DNA of 64,000 nucleotides, the filler included, from Reticulomyxa filosa (lineage: Eukaryota > Protista > Foraminifera): NCBI GenBank assembly GCA_000512085.1. It is 19 parts of 19 records of this genome, joined end to end, with 100 filler letters (N's around TTAATTAATTAA, not from the genome) between each part and the next. Parts side by side here need not be neighbours in the genome. Positions count along the whole stretch, not along the records: positions 1 to 3,852 come from ASPP01024269.1; positions 3,953 to 5,673 come from ASPP01011975.1; positions 5,774 to 10,701 come from ASPP01005680.1; positions 10,802 to 17,197 come from ASPP01022292.1; 15 more parts are not named here. One strand, 5' to 3'. Every line of letters starts with the position of its first letter. Position 1 is the stretch's first letter. The notes below the pieces were generated by a model. That model worked only from the letters and a program-made list of their open reading frames with translations, did no database searches and was not told the origin of the DNA. The translations under genes were made by a program, and so were the position numbers. Positions 1 to 12,630 of this stretch are shown here, one piece after another.

Positions 1-83
1 TTTTTTTTTTTGCAGTGACTCAAAAAAAAAAAAAAAAAAATAAAAATAAAAACGTGTACATAATATATGTATATATAACTCAA

Positions 84-3000
84 CTGAATCATTCCCAAAC
101 TTTTGCTTTTGCTATGTTTTTTGGTCTCAGCGTTGGGAGATATTTGTTGTGGCTTATCTTCTACTGTGTGTTCATCCATATTGACAAGATACTGCATATT
201 TTGTTCGTTGTCATCACTGCTGTCATCTCCTTGTTTGCGTTCGTTATTTGATGCATTTTCGGGATGGCTGGGAGACGTTCGTTGCGACTGAGTTTTTCGT
301 GACGACTTTGTTTTATTTTGCGTTTGTGTGGATGTGGTCGCATCCGATTTGGACTTTGACGTATTCTCAGGATTGGAAATGGCCAAAATGAAGCTATCGG
401 ATCCAATACTTCCGGTCGCAGTGTCATCGCTGTTATATGATTGATGGCCTTCCTTTGCCAAACTATTTTCTCGATTTTCTAATTGTGGAACTGACATATC
501 CACAATCGAACCGACTTCTATCCACATTGACTGATTGCTGTTCTTGTTATTATTATTACTATTATTACTATTATCACTATTATTATTATTATTATTATTA
601 TTATTGTTATCATTATTATTATTATTGTCATTGCTATTGTTATCGTTACTGTTGTTGTTATTATTGCCATTGTTACCCTTATCATTGCTATTATGATTGT
701 GATTGTGATTATCATTCGTATTTATTTCCGTTTGTTTGCCTTGTTCAGATGCAGGTTCATTGTCAAAATCTGTTTGCGGTGTTTCTTGAAGGGCGTCAGC
801 TTCTTCTTCTTGAATCGTCTCAGGGATGGTCACCGCCACGCTTTGAGGCAACATGGCCTTGTTATCTTCTTTTCTTCTTCTTCTTCTTCTTCGTCGTCGT
901 CGTCGTCGTCGTCGTCTTCCTGTTCATCCGCTTTGTCGGCGAGATTGTCGAGGCTGTCAACTTTGCTTTTTTCCAACACCGTGGCTGCAATATCTCCCTT
1001 TTGTTCCAACTCCTCTTTTTTCGTCTTTGACTCATTGGAAAGCATTTCGCTTTTTTGTGTTTCATTTACGCGATCGCTTTGTTTGGCATTGCCCTCGCCT
1101 GCCAATTGCTCCTGTGTTGGAGATTCTATCCAATTTGTTTCGAGTTTGTTTGCCCACACAGAATATATCTAATGCAAAGAGAAGAATGTGTATGTGTGCA
1201 TTTAACTTGTGTGAACGGGTGATGTTTTCGCAACAGTGATTGTAGTGGCCACTGGCGGGTTGTTATTGTTATGAGTGTTAGCGTTATCAGCAGACGTATT
1301 GGTTGAAAGCGTGGATGAAGCGGAATGAACATTGGAAGAAGATTGCACATTGTCTGTGTGTTTGTCGTTGTTGTGATCACGTGACGTACGAACTTGAGAT
1401 GATCGATCCGAAGACGACTGTCCAATGGGCGTGGTTTCAATCACAATTCGAAATTTTTCTTGCTGTTTGTTGCTTTGTTTGCTATTCTTTTCTACTTGGC
1501 GTCTGGAGTCTCTGTCACTCGCGTCGATCTCTTCACTTTCACCTTCTTCCGGTATCATTCCTGTCATCGAACGATTTGGAAGGGGTGCCACTTTGCGCAT
1601 GTTTGTCCAATATTTTATGTGTGTATAATTATTTTTTTTCAAATGTAGAATACATTCAAACGTTGCAAGCGTTGACTTGAAAGGAACAGAGAGAAAAAAA
1701 AAAAAAATAAAAATAAGTTACACCTTTGTGCTTATTCGATCTTTCGCTTCGCACTGTTTGTGATTTGTTTCTTGTAAAATGTTTTTTTTTGACTTTTTCA
1801 ATCTTTTTTTGGTATTGTATTGAAACTTTTCTCTCTTTTTTCTCCTTTTCTTGTGTTAATTGACTTCTCTTTTCCTTTTCACGCGCAAATGCGTGCATAC
1901 TTTGTCTACGGGCTTCTTCGGGGGATTGTTGTTCCAGCTCTTTGATGTTCAGCCCTTTTCCCGCCCCCCAAATTGACCACGATATACAAATATTTTTCTT
2001 TTTTTAACTTTTTCACAAAAAAAAAAAAAACCTCCTTTTTTGTCAAATAGGCTGTGAACACACCTCCGGTATCTTCTTCTGTTAGTGTCTCTTTGTCATA
2101 ATCTTCGTCGGAGGTATTCTTCGCGGACTGGTCGTCGTCTTGATCATCAATTTGATGACTGTCATCACTCGGCGCCGATTCCTCGTCCGTGTCGTGGTCA
2201 TCGTCACTGGTTTGAGGGTCAAACCTTTTTTCATTGGAGATCGTCGCTGGAGTGTCGTCGCCAAGATTATCATCGTCGTTGCTGCGCTCATTATTATTTT
2301 CATTGCTGCTGCTCCAATCCGAAGATACATAGCTGAGTACATCATCACCGTCCCCCCATTTTTTCCGCGTTGTCTTTTTGTTTCCACCTTTCGCTTTACT
2401 TTTGTGTTTCGTCTTGTTTTGGTCATGGTTATGGCTATGGTTATCGCTTTCGCTTTCATCTTTGTGATTGTGATTGTGATTGTGATTGTGATTATGATTA
2501 TGATTGTGGCTATGACTATGATCATGAGTATGATCGTGAGTATGATTATGATTGTGACTGTGATTGTTAGTATTGTCATTGTTACTATTATTGCTATGAG
2601 TAGTAGTAGTAGTAGTAGTATTTGCAATGGTACCATTGGAATCGTGATTATGTTTTATATTTTGATGGCCATGTTTTTGAGACGTGGTGGCTTCGTTCGA
2701 CTCACTTGCTGACATTCTTTTCAATTCCATTTTTTTTGAGGCCCTCTGGTTCGTGTCATTTGGTGAGTTTTTTTCATTTTCTTTCTTTGGATGATCTGTT
2801 GCATTTGACTCGGGGACCGCCCAACCAATTTCTTTTTTTTTTAATTTGGGCCGTATAATTGTGTAAAGCAATAACATTACGATTAAAAAAAAAAAAAAAA
2901 AAGTACTTTGTATACCAGTTCTATTGGGCCGCGTAGGTATTACATATTTCTTAGCTTGAGAACCGAAACTGGAACGATGCAACTGATGAGGCGTCGAAAA

Positions 3001-3852
3001 GACGCTATCGCGAACAGAGCCAGCATTGTCGATGGCATGATTGTGGGTGGAGGTCTCTCTACATTTGTTAGTTCAGTGCGACAAAAAAAAAAAAAAAGAG
3101 GGATAGGAAAAAGGGAGGATAAAAACGATTAGAAAGATTCGCAACTAGGAGAAAAAAAAAAAGTAGTTAAGATAAGGGGAGGGGGGGGAGGGGAAGACCG
3201 AAGAACTAAACGGATTTATTCCAATTGGCATGGACGCATTGTGTTCGGAAGACACATGAAATGACGTCGCGGTAGCAGCAGAGAGGTTGTGATGTTCATT
3301 TGCGAGCATTAGTGGATTGCCATCCTGTCCAATTACGACAGAGGATGATTCTTGACTTGGATGAATGACATTCGACTTGTTCGCTAACTTTTCATTGTTT
3401 GGGACATTATCATCTTTGTTAGGACCCATGCCCATCGACATCTGCGTTTCATATTCCTTGGATGTGTCTCCCCGTTTGATTGAAAATCTGCGCTTGCGAT
3501 CTGCATTTGCATTTGCATTTGCAATTTCAATGTCGGTCATTTCAAACGATGTCGTATTTGCATTGTCATTGAATGCTGTGCGACTGGTCTCGTGTGTGGA
3601 GACATTTGCGTCGACCAAAGGATGCGCAGAAGTTGCCAAAACACCAGACACGTTTTGTCTCGTCTCGTTATTGTTATGAATAGCGATATTATTGTTATTA
3701 TCATTGTAATTATTGTCATAATTATAATTGTAGTTATAATTGTTGTAATTATTGCCATTAATATTGTCACTGACATTATCATTGATATTATTATTGATAT
3801 TATCATTAATATTATCATTAATATTATTATTGACATTATCATTGATATTATT
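84..3852 (-). CDS. Partial multi-exon gene for a large low-complexity, probably disordered protein (Asn, His-Asn and Asp/Glu tracts)
   Basis: Successive minus-strand exon-like ORFs (3145-3651, ~2910-3070, ~2040-2830, ~1220-1610, ~84-1165) are separated by homopolymer-rich introns. There is an apparent 1-nt frameshift at an A-run near 870 (EEEE|KEDNKAMLPQS...). No known domain recognised; truncated at both ends. Confidence 0.55.
545..720. repeat. (TAT/TGT/TGA)n trinucleotide low-complexity tract, poly-Asn on the minus strand
   Basis: Seen directly; it generates the spurious poly-Y and poly-I ORFs in the track. Confidence 0.9.
2463..2620. repeat. (GTGATT)n / (AGT)n tract encoding His-Asn dipeptide and Thr repeats on the minus strand
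   Basis: Seen directly, inside ORF 1906..2982. Confidence 0.9.
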
Positions 3853-3952
3853 NNNNNNNNNNNNNNNNNNNNNNNNNNNNNNNNNNNNNNNNNNNNTTAA
3901 TTAATTAANNNNNNNNNNNNNNNNNNNNNNNNNNNNNNNNNNNNNNNNNNNN
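3853..3952. other. Artificial contig spacer N44-TTAATTAATTAA-N44 (first of 18)
   Basis: Identical 100-bp blocks with stops in all six frames start at 3853, 5674, 10702, 17198, 18797, 20068, 23146, 28679, 32063, 39686, 45310, 46641, 50475, 52730, 54805, 56914, 59774 and 61454. Confidence 0.99.
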
Positions 3953-5392
3953 GGAAAAAGGTAATATTGAAATATAAATGTTTTTTTTTTTCAAATTTGC
4001 TTTGTTGGAATTTTTTGGTGTGTTTCTCATCCAGCAACACTTTTAAAAAAAAACTCTTGCAATACAACTCAACACTCAATGCTTGAGAAACCAATGAAGA
4101 TAAAGTATGTTCCGTCTCTTCATGTGGTTGCAAATCTTCACCGTCTGCTTCACTTCTACGTGCCTTCTTGTCTTTCTTTTTTTTCTTTTTTGGTTCTTCT
4201 GCTCATCGTTATTTTTTTTGCAAAATGACAAAATTATGCGCTAATACAAAGCTAAAAAAAAAAAATAAATTGTAAAAAAAATTCAAAAGGTCTCTTTTTT
4301 CATGTTGAGAAAAAATTTAATATCTCAGCTATTTTCAAAGCAAACCTGGAAATGGTGTCAAAAAGGTATCTATGCCTCGTGTTTGTTCTAATACATATTG
4401 CACTTGCAACGCTTGTTGAATTGTCAAGCGCAATAATTGCTCGTCATCTTTCTTTTCATTTTCTTGAGCAGGTGTATCTTTGGGAGCCGGATTTGCATTA
4501 TCGTCGATCCAACTCATTGTTCAGCTCAATTGAAATTTTTTTTTTTTGACAACTTGTTGCAAAAAAAAAAAAACTGCAAAAAAAAGTGTTCTGGAACAAC
4601 AATTGAGGGAAAATGCCAATCTCAGTGATCTTAACAACAAGTAAAGCTATCAATTATGAAAATTATCAATAAAAAAAAGAAGGCCACGTAGCACTATGCG
4701 TGTAGATAATTGGCCCCTTGTTGAGTAAACTGAGCAGTAAAAGGAAAAACAAAAAAAGAAAAGGTTTGACCTCAAAACGACAACTGTAATATAAACCTTT
4801 TAACAATCCCAAAGTTTGTGCTCGATACATTCATTACTTTCGTTTTACAGTTGAAACTTCCATCTGTCTGGGCAATCACACTTCACACCTTGTATCGTAA
4901 GCGACAAAAAAAGTGTGACAACTAAGCCTTGTTTTGTTAATTGCTCAATTTTTTGTGTGCCATGGATTAATATTTTGTAGTTTTCAATGTTATTGTTTGC
5001 ATTGTGAAAAGAGAGTAATATATCATATTTCCTTTTTTTTTAAAGGGAATATGCTATGATAACTGAAAAAAAAAAAGAAGCTGAAAGTTATGTGGAAATG
5101 AAATCTGGTTCACTTTTGATATATTTTAATGTATTATACTTTATTTATTTTATTTGTATTTGGACACACATGCATCTGTCAATTAAAATGACCAACCAAA
5201 AAGAGCCACAATCAAACAAAAGATAGTAAAAGAAAAAGAGAAGAGAGGAATTTTGTTGCCTATCCATAACAAAGGAGGGCAATGCCAAAGAAAAAAAATG
5301 ACCAACACAAAAACAGGAATAACCTTTTCATTTCAAATCCAAACTTTCAAAGCTAAACGTTGAATCAAAAAGAAGACAACTCAAAACGACGT

Positions 5393-5546
5393 TTACAACA
5401 TGACACAGCAACCTTCTGGAGGTTTATCAAGGTTGTCAACAACACCTTCAGAAGCGCGAACTTTCCGAATTTCTCTGACACACTCTTCGAACAATACTTC
5501 GACATTGATCTTGTCTTTGGCACTACTTTCGAAAAAAGGGCAACCC
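5393..5546 (-). CDS. Last exon of a Ras/Rap-family small GTPase (absent from the ORF track)
   Basis: After an AAG acceptor at 5547 it reads GCPFFESSAKDKINVEVLFEECVREIRKVRASEGVVDNLDKPPEGCCVML*: G5 motif ESSAK and a C-terminal CaaX (CVML) with an adjacent Cys. Confidence 0.9.
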
Positions 5547-5550
5547 CTTA

Positions 5551-5582
<32 letters not shown>

Positions 5583-6678
5583 TTAAAATTTTTTTAAAAA
5601 AAAGTGTTTTAATTATTTAAAGCGTTTTTATTTTTTTTTTTTCTTTAATCAACAATAACAAAAAAAAAAAAAANNNNNNNNNNNNNNNNNNNNNNNNNNN
5701 NNNNNNNNNNNNNNNNNTTAATTAATTAANNNNNNNNNNNNNNNNNNNNNNNNNNNNNNNNNNNNNNNNNNNNCACATATACATATATATTACTATATAT
5801 ATATATATATATATAATATATATATATATAATATGTATATATATATATATATTAAGTATTGACTCATACACTCACATCCAACACATACATTGTTGCTTTA
5901 ATGTATTCAACTGTTTCTGCAGCTGTATTTCGTTGTCAATCATGATCAATGCCAAACACAATGTCACTCACACACACACACACTTTTCAACAAGCAATAG
6001 AAATAGAAATACTCAAAGTCACCTCTTCCTTTTCATACGATAAACGCTTATTGTCATGCTCACTATCTTCGACCTGCTTTTTCAATGTCTTTGCTTTCAT
6101 ATTCGAATTAAAATCTTTTGCTATTCCATCAAACACATCATCCAATGGCGTTTCTATCTTCGTGTTACATACAAAACAATCCCATCTTCTTCTCACTCAA
6201 ACTTTCTTCCAGTTCATTTGTTGGCTCGTCCATCGCCATATCTCGGCCATCATCCCAACTACTATTGTCGTTGCTTGTCTGTTCAAGTCACACCATTGAC
6301 ACGTCATTTTGTTGTTTGTTTTGTCTTTTGCGGGGTTGGGACTCATCTGCTCACCTCCAGCATTATACACTAGAACGTGGATTGTCAGAACTTCTTTTTG
6401 ATGTTTGCGTTGCAAGTTGGAATTGTTGTTGCTGTTGTCTGGCAGCAATTAACACAGATGCAAGGATACCCTTTGAAAACCTCAGCTTCTCACTAATCCA
6501 AAGTAACTTTGGCTTAAACGAGTCTCTTTTTAACGCGTTGGATATTTGCATTACAAAATATCTTGTTTATTTTTTTTTAGTGTTTATATTTACAGTTGGA
6601 GTGTCTTTTGCAAAGGTTTCAAAAAAAAAACACAAGGGTTTTTTTTTTTTTTTGTACTTGAATCAATAGAGATTAGAA

Positions 6679-8882
6679 ATGAGCAACGCCAAGAAGAAAG
6701 TACAAAACAGACCTACAAACAGTATACAAGATCCCTTGATTGATAATGATGACGATAACAGTCACCAAGTGACGGATTCGTTGGTCGGAGCAACCTTAAC
6801 AAAAGAGGAAGAATGGGGCGAAAAAAGAAAACAGAGCTTGGGACATGCCATCCAGTCTCCGAGTAAAAGCGAATCGTTGGAAGATGAGAACAATAGTCGC
6901 AACACGAACAACAACAGTTCGAATGGAAAAAATGCGAAAGCTGGACCAAGAGATAGTACGCATTCCTCAGGACAATCGTCTTCGAAGACATCATTTACAC
7001 AATCCAACATAATTGAAGACGATTCCGAATTACCAACGGCCAAAGACATGTTTAACTGTGGCCCAAAGGCTATTTTGTTTTTATTTTTCACATTGGCATT
7101 TTTTGTGTATTTTGATCGCGGTTCATTGGCCGCTGCGCTCGAGGACATCCAAGTCTGTTTTATTTTTTTAATTTTTTATTTTTTTATTTTTTAAAAAAAA
7201 CAAAAGAAAGGAAAATGTACACATAATGACGTATACATAAATATATGTATATTATATTTGCATATGCATATATGTATATATATCACAAACAAACAATAAA
7301 ACAACACAACAAAGAAACAACTTTTGGATGATAGCACGGAAAAAGGTGGGATGTTGGCATCGAGTTATTTATTTGGGTATTGTTTGAGCTCGCCGCTATT
7401 TGCATTGTTGGGCAGTCATTTTGCGCCGTTGAAAATGTCATCGATTGGAATGCTTGTGTGGTGCGGTGGAGTGTTTGGCACGGCCTTCTTTGATTCGTTT
7501 GGGACACTCACCGCCGCGCGTCTGTTTACAGGCATTGGCGAAGCTAGTTTCCTGGCTTTCAGTGCGACGATTGTGGATGTCATCGCGCCAACGCAGCATA
7601 GAGCCCTTTAGTTTTGGCATACACAAAATAATACAAATAAAAATATGAAAATTACAAATAAAATAAAATAAAATATATTAGCTTGGGATTGTTTTACATG
7701 GCAATGCCCTTTGGCTACGCCTTTGGCTATGGACTGGGCGGCATTATCACGTCCGCACACGTGTATTCGAAAAACGGAAACAATGAAAGCTGGCGAGCTG
7801 TGTTTATTTTGGAGTTTGTAACAATGATCCCATTGGCATGTGCATTGTTCTTCATGAAATCGCCCCGAAATATGCTCGTATTGAAAGATCTCAACAAGCC
7901 CTTTGTCGAGGAAACGGCTACAGATTTACCCGAAGGTCTAATTTATTTATGTGTTCATATGCATTGAGTGATAATGTGTGTTTCAATATCTCCACAGACG
8001 ACTTATGGCACGTGAAGACCAAACGCATCGTCACCAATCCGACGTGGGTACTTATCACATTGGGATATTCCACTCAAACCTTTGTCACGGGCACATTTGC
8101 TGTTTTGGCCATTGAATACTTAAACGAGGCTTATCAATGGTCCAGTGGAACTGCGGGACCCACTTTTGGTGGAATGACTCTCATTTCGGGTTTGTTTTTC
8201 TTTTTTTAATAAAACAAATCAATCCAATGGAAATATTAAAATTATAGGATTGATTGGTAGCATGGTCGGTGGTCTTCTCTTAGACAAACAGAAATCTCGT
8301 GTGACCACTGGATTGCCTGATCATTATTACTTGGAACCCACCGTCAAACTATTGGCTTGGCTATCATTACTTGCCTTTCCATTTGCATTCATCGTGTTCG
8401 TTATCGATTCCATCATACTCTTCATTTTTTGCGCCTTTGCTGCCATGTTTTTAATATTTGCCAGCACTGGCCCTTGCAACAATGCCATCCTTTGGTCCGT
8501 GCTTTACAAAGACCGACCCTTGGCCATGGCCTTCAACACCTTCAGCATTCACGCCTTGGGCGATGCTCTGGCTCCTGTCTTGGTCGGATTCATAATCCAA
8601 ACTCGACATCATGCCGGATATTCCAAAAAAGAGGCTTACAATTTCGCCATGGCTATTGCCTGCACCTGGCTATTGCTCAGCACTTTGTGCTTTTTTTTCG
8701 CGCGTTTCTTTTTGAACAAGTTGTATCGAGATCTTGAATCTCTTGACGAAAACTTGAAAAAACAAGAGTCACTCGCACGTGTCCATTTCAATAATTCCTC
8801 AAACAGTTGCAACGCGGTGCTAAGCTTACACCCTGATGACTCTGACCACATTGATTACACACAAGAGCGGGATATTTTTTGA
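6679..8882 (+). CDS. Spinster-like MFS transporter, 5 exons
   Basis: Exons 6679-7152, 7315-7610, 7682-7935, 7998-8189 and 8248-8882 splice in frame at GT-AG. Motifs FVYFDRG, ARLFTGIGEASF, GLFYMAMPFGYAFGY, WRAVF and HALGDA are typical of the Spns family. Confidence 0.9.
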
Positions 8883-10160
8883 TACTTGTCAAACCTTTTT
8901 TGTCTTGCTGTGTGTTATTTTTCTTTTTTTTTGATCTGTGCGATACAGTGTTGCTCCTTTTTTTGAAACAGCATCAGTAAAACAAAAAAGTAGGGAGGGG
9001 ACTTTGTTCGCAACTTTTTTAAATGTCTGTAATAAGTAAATAAATAAGTAAATATAATCAATCATCTTTGTATTTCGTAAATATCACCATACTTGCCAAC
9101 AATCCATTTTCTGCTCTGTTTTTGTTTTTTTATGTCGCGTTTTCCAGAGGGAAAAAAAAAAGAGTTCTGAACGCAACAAATTATGTACTGTAACGGAAAT
9201 TCTTTGATCTAATCCATTAATTTAATCAAAAAGTCATAGTGATAAAAGTTTTTTATTGTAGTTGGATTATGTAATATTGTTAGTGAAGTCTGACTTCTTC
9301 ACTTTTATTAATTTTTTTAGCAACATTTTCGCTGTAGAAAGTCGACCTTGCTTGCATTAAGATTGTTCGACTCCTTTGGAAAATTGTCAGTCTAGAGGCA
9401 AATACACGGTTTTTTCTGTTTGGCAGAACTCAGATTGTCGGGTAACTTCTACTGGACCTCGGGTAAACCCGAAACTCACTATATGATAACAAGACTCTTG
9501 AAGGCTATCTGGACGGCCGAGGCAAGATGTTTTTACACTAATCGTATCTACTGCAAGCTATGTTGGGACAAAATACCACACATGGAATTGGATCAAGAAT
9601 AAAATTTAATGGTAATGCAGACATATTAAGTAAACTCCCGAACATGTCTGCTACTAGTGAACTATTAAATTCCAGTATGCATGGTGGTATTGGAAATTAA
9701 TTATTATATCGACATGCTAGTATATTAAATACACAAAATCATGACAAAGTATCAAAACAAGATGGACATTGATAATAATAGCACTAAAAGAAGCGAGACA
9801 AAAATGAAAACATATGGTAGATTAATATATGATTTGAAGAAGGCAAAGTATTATCAACTAGCTTGCAAATCGTTGTGTCAAGTTCAAATTTACAACGTAA
9901 TGACGAAAAGACAGCTGACGAAGATTAAATTTAAAAACATGTGGAAAAAAAATATATAAGTTCGACTACAATTCGTGTGCAAATACTCAAATAATTGTCG
10001 TAACTCCAATTAAGTCCATAGAACTAAAATCGGCAAACAAAATACACGGATGCAGAAGGCTTCCGAGCACGAGGCAAACAAAGGTTGTATGTTGTGGTGA
10101 ATTAACTATGGTCATCTAGGATTTGCAAATGTATAAACTTTTCAAAATAAAGAAAATTTT

Positions 10161-10270
10161 TTTTCAACTAGTAAAATTTTTTTATCGTAGATAAAAAATG
10201 TTTATACTAGTTGAAAATTTCATATACCTGATCTTGCGAGATTTCGTAAGATCAGATATCGAACAACTAG
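10161..10270. other. Two adjacent inverted repeats (hairpins) followed by CTAG
   Basis: Hairpin 1: TTTTCAACTAGTA (10161-10173) pairs with TACTAGTTGAAAA (10205-10217), with inner TTTTTTATC/GATAAAAAA. Hairpin 2: CTGATCTTGCGA (10228-10239) pairs with TCGTAAGATCAG (10244-10255). CTAG at 10267-10270. Confidence 0.75.
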
Positions 10271-10849
10271 GACACCAAGCGAAATTTCTGAAGACATTGG
10301 TCGAAACAGAATAGCAAGACCAAACAACTTACAAGCAAAAATTGCCACTTTCTAGTGAATAATTTCAATTCAACATTCACACACAATTGATTATTTTAAG
10401 TATTAAGTATTAATTTTCGTTTTAGTTTTTCTAATTTATTAAAAGAAGCGAATTGAATCTCAATATTTTATGATACTTTAACACTTCGAAAACAATGCTC
10501 AGAGAATTCAGTTGAGCAACGCTTCTATAATTCCCCCTGACCTCCACAGGGAAGAGCCAACCGTTGATTGTTCTCAACATTCAACCTTTGAAATTTACTT
10601 TGCTTTTGAATTTTTTAATTTAGACTTTAAATTGATATTTTACTTATTGTGTTGATTGTGAGTTTTAACAAATTTTGTAGATCTTTTCCTTTGCTTTTTG
10701 TNNNNNNNNNNNNNNNNNNNNNNNNNNNNNNNNNNNNNNNNNNNNTTAATTAATTAANNNNNNNNNNNNNNNNNNNNNNNNNNNNNNNNNNNNNNNNNNN
10801 NCATTACAATTGAAATTGAAATAAAACAAAATAAAATAAAATAAACAGA

Positions 10850-11680
10850 GGAAATATTTCAAACATCTGGGCGTTCTCCAGTCTCCTCATGGCTGTGCAA
10901 ATAGTGTAAAATTTTCACGATAATAGCAAAGTCGTTTTAGGCTGTGATAATGGAACAGTCACAATATTAGATACAGCTTTAAAAGAAGACACTCAGATTC
11001 TAATGTGCATACAAACGCTGTCCATTGTGCACAGTTTTCACGTGGTGGAGATATGATTGTATCTTGCTCAAGTGCAAAACAGTTCGACTGTGGAGTGTAC
11101 AATTACGGAGAGAAATACACAAATTGGGAAGATATACTGTCGCTCTCAATTTTCGCTAAACGGAAAGACTGCTGCGTCTGTTTCGTTGGACAAAACAATT
11201 TGATTATGGGATAATGCAAATGGAAGGATATCGGGACAATGTAAATGATATACAATTTTTATTCGATGGTAAACGAATTGTATTAGCATTGAACAATGGA
11301 GAGATCGGAATTTGGGATATGCTATCTGTGGAAAAAATTCACGGACATGTATGGAAGGAATATACTTACAGCATAATTTTCTTCAGATGGTCTTCATGTT
11401 GTATCTTATTCAAAGGATAGGACTATTCGGGTATGGGATGCAAGTGCGGCAATTATTGGCACTGTTAGATAATATATATGATATGCGATTATTTGCAAAT
11501 CGTGAACAGGCCATTGTATTATACCATGAGAAAATACGATTAGATTATTGGATTTGAAAACAGTGCTTGAGATTCAGCGATTGAAAAAAATACAGCCTCT
11601 AACAGCAATAGATGTTTCATCAGATGATAATACAATTACATCTGTCTATAAAGATGGAGTCATTCAGCTATGGAAATGCA
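10850..11680 (+). pseudogene. Decayed WD40-repeat gene
   Basis: Frameshifted WD40 pieces: HTNAVHCAQFSRGGDMIVSCS, VNDIQFLFDGKRIV...IGIWD, IDVSSDDNTITSVYKDGVIQLW. Confidence 0.8.
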
Positions 11681-12059
11681 AAAAACGACGGTTTAAAAAT
11701 TTTTTGAAACATTCGTTCTGCAATTTCTCAGTCTTTGAGGTTTTTTATTTTCATTTTATTTTATTCCCTAAAAATGTTATTTTTATTTTTGTTCTCAAAA
11801 TGTTGTCTCTTTTCATAAATGAAATGTTTCTATTCTTATCACAAACAGTATGTATAAAAAACATACTTAAAGAAACAAATGCAAATACGCTTTTCTATCA
11901 CTTATTAATTGCCAAAATAAACAAAATTGTTTATATGATTGTTACAACATTCAATGTTTAAATTTTAAATCAAGCTTATAAAAGTGTTAGCCTTGAACCA
12001 GTGAAATGTAATCAACATACTCAATTCGGTTAATATCAACCAATTTTCAAACAATCATG

Positions 12060-12630
12060 CCTCTATAATAAAATAGTGTTTTTGATTTTTTTATATCTTT
12101 ATTACAACAGTAAATGAGCGCAGCATAAATAAGATTTAAATCAATAGAATGACTCCACGTCAATAATATCATTTGTGTGGTCTTCTCATAGAAGGATAAA
12201 AATGTAAAATACATCCTTGATCAGCTCTAAACATTTCTGCAACCTGAATATCATCAAAAGTACTTACATGGCTTATAAAAAATTCTGCTTTATATTTCTT
12301 TAATATTCTCCAACTCACTCCCTTCAATACACAATATAATTCCATTTCACTTTCTTCTATTCTTTCATGAGCGTAAAGTATCATGATAGCTTCCCACAAA
12401 TACCTACCCAAATAAGCTAATTATGATGCTTACATTGATTTGACCATAACTAAATTGAACATTACATGATTTACTAAAATCACACACATAACCATTCTTT
12501 ATCACTTCATGGAATAGTTTATATAATGTATTGTCTCTAGTCACCATGAGAGCTATTGCATCTTAAATGATTTTTAACTTTGTGGGCATCACATTCATGC
12601 AATAATGGATTGGATTTAAGTTTATGTTGA
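12060..12630 (-). pseudogene. Internally deleted copy of the ADP-ribosyltransferase-like family (paralog of 57740-59773)
   Basis: NPLLHECD..., KSCNVQFSY, ELYC...FFISHVSTFDDIQVAEMFRADQGCILHFYPSMRR, TQMILLTW and IDLNLIY are collinear with the 58-59 kb copy, but with three deletions and stops. Confidence 0.85.

Noticed and set aside
860-885. Programmed frameshifts here and at the PPR A-run (26280-26293)
   Set aside because: Both sit in A homopolymers and need opposite shifts, consistent with homopolymer sequencing error.
437-3900. Plus-strand ORFs rich in Y, C, I and V (437..1030, 2140..2712, 3592..3900)
   Set aside because: They are antisense shadows of tri- and hexanucleotide repeats in the minus-strand gene.
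3897-3908. Recurring palindrome TTAATTAATTAA as a biological repeat or insertion site
   Set aside because: It is always centred in exactly 44+44 N, which marks it as a contig-concatenation linker.
5900-6560. Zinc-finger gene suggested by CQWC and CFVC on the minus strand
   Set aside because: The motifs are separated by a stop and another frame looks equally coding; no consistent gene model.
9400-10135. Non-LTR retrotransposon RNase H or zinc-knuckle remnant
   Set aside because: Only faint fragments (NWIK..., GNADILSK, CCGELT) in different frames; not enough to call.
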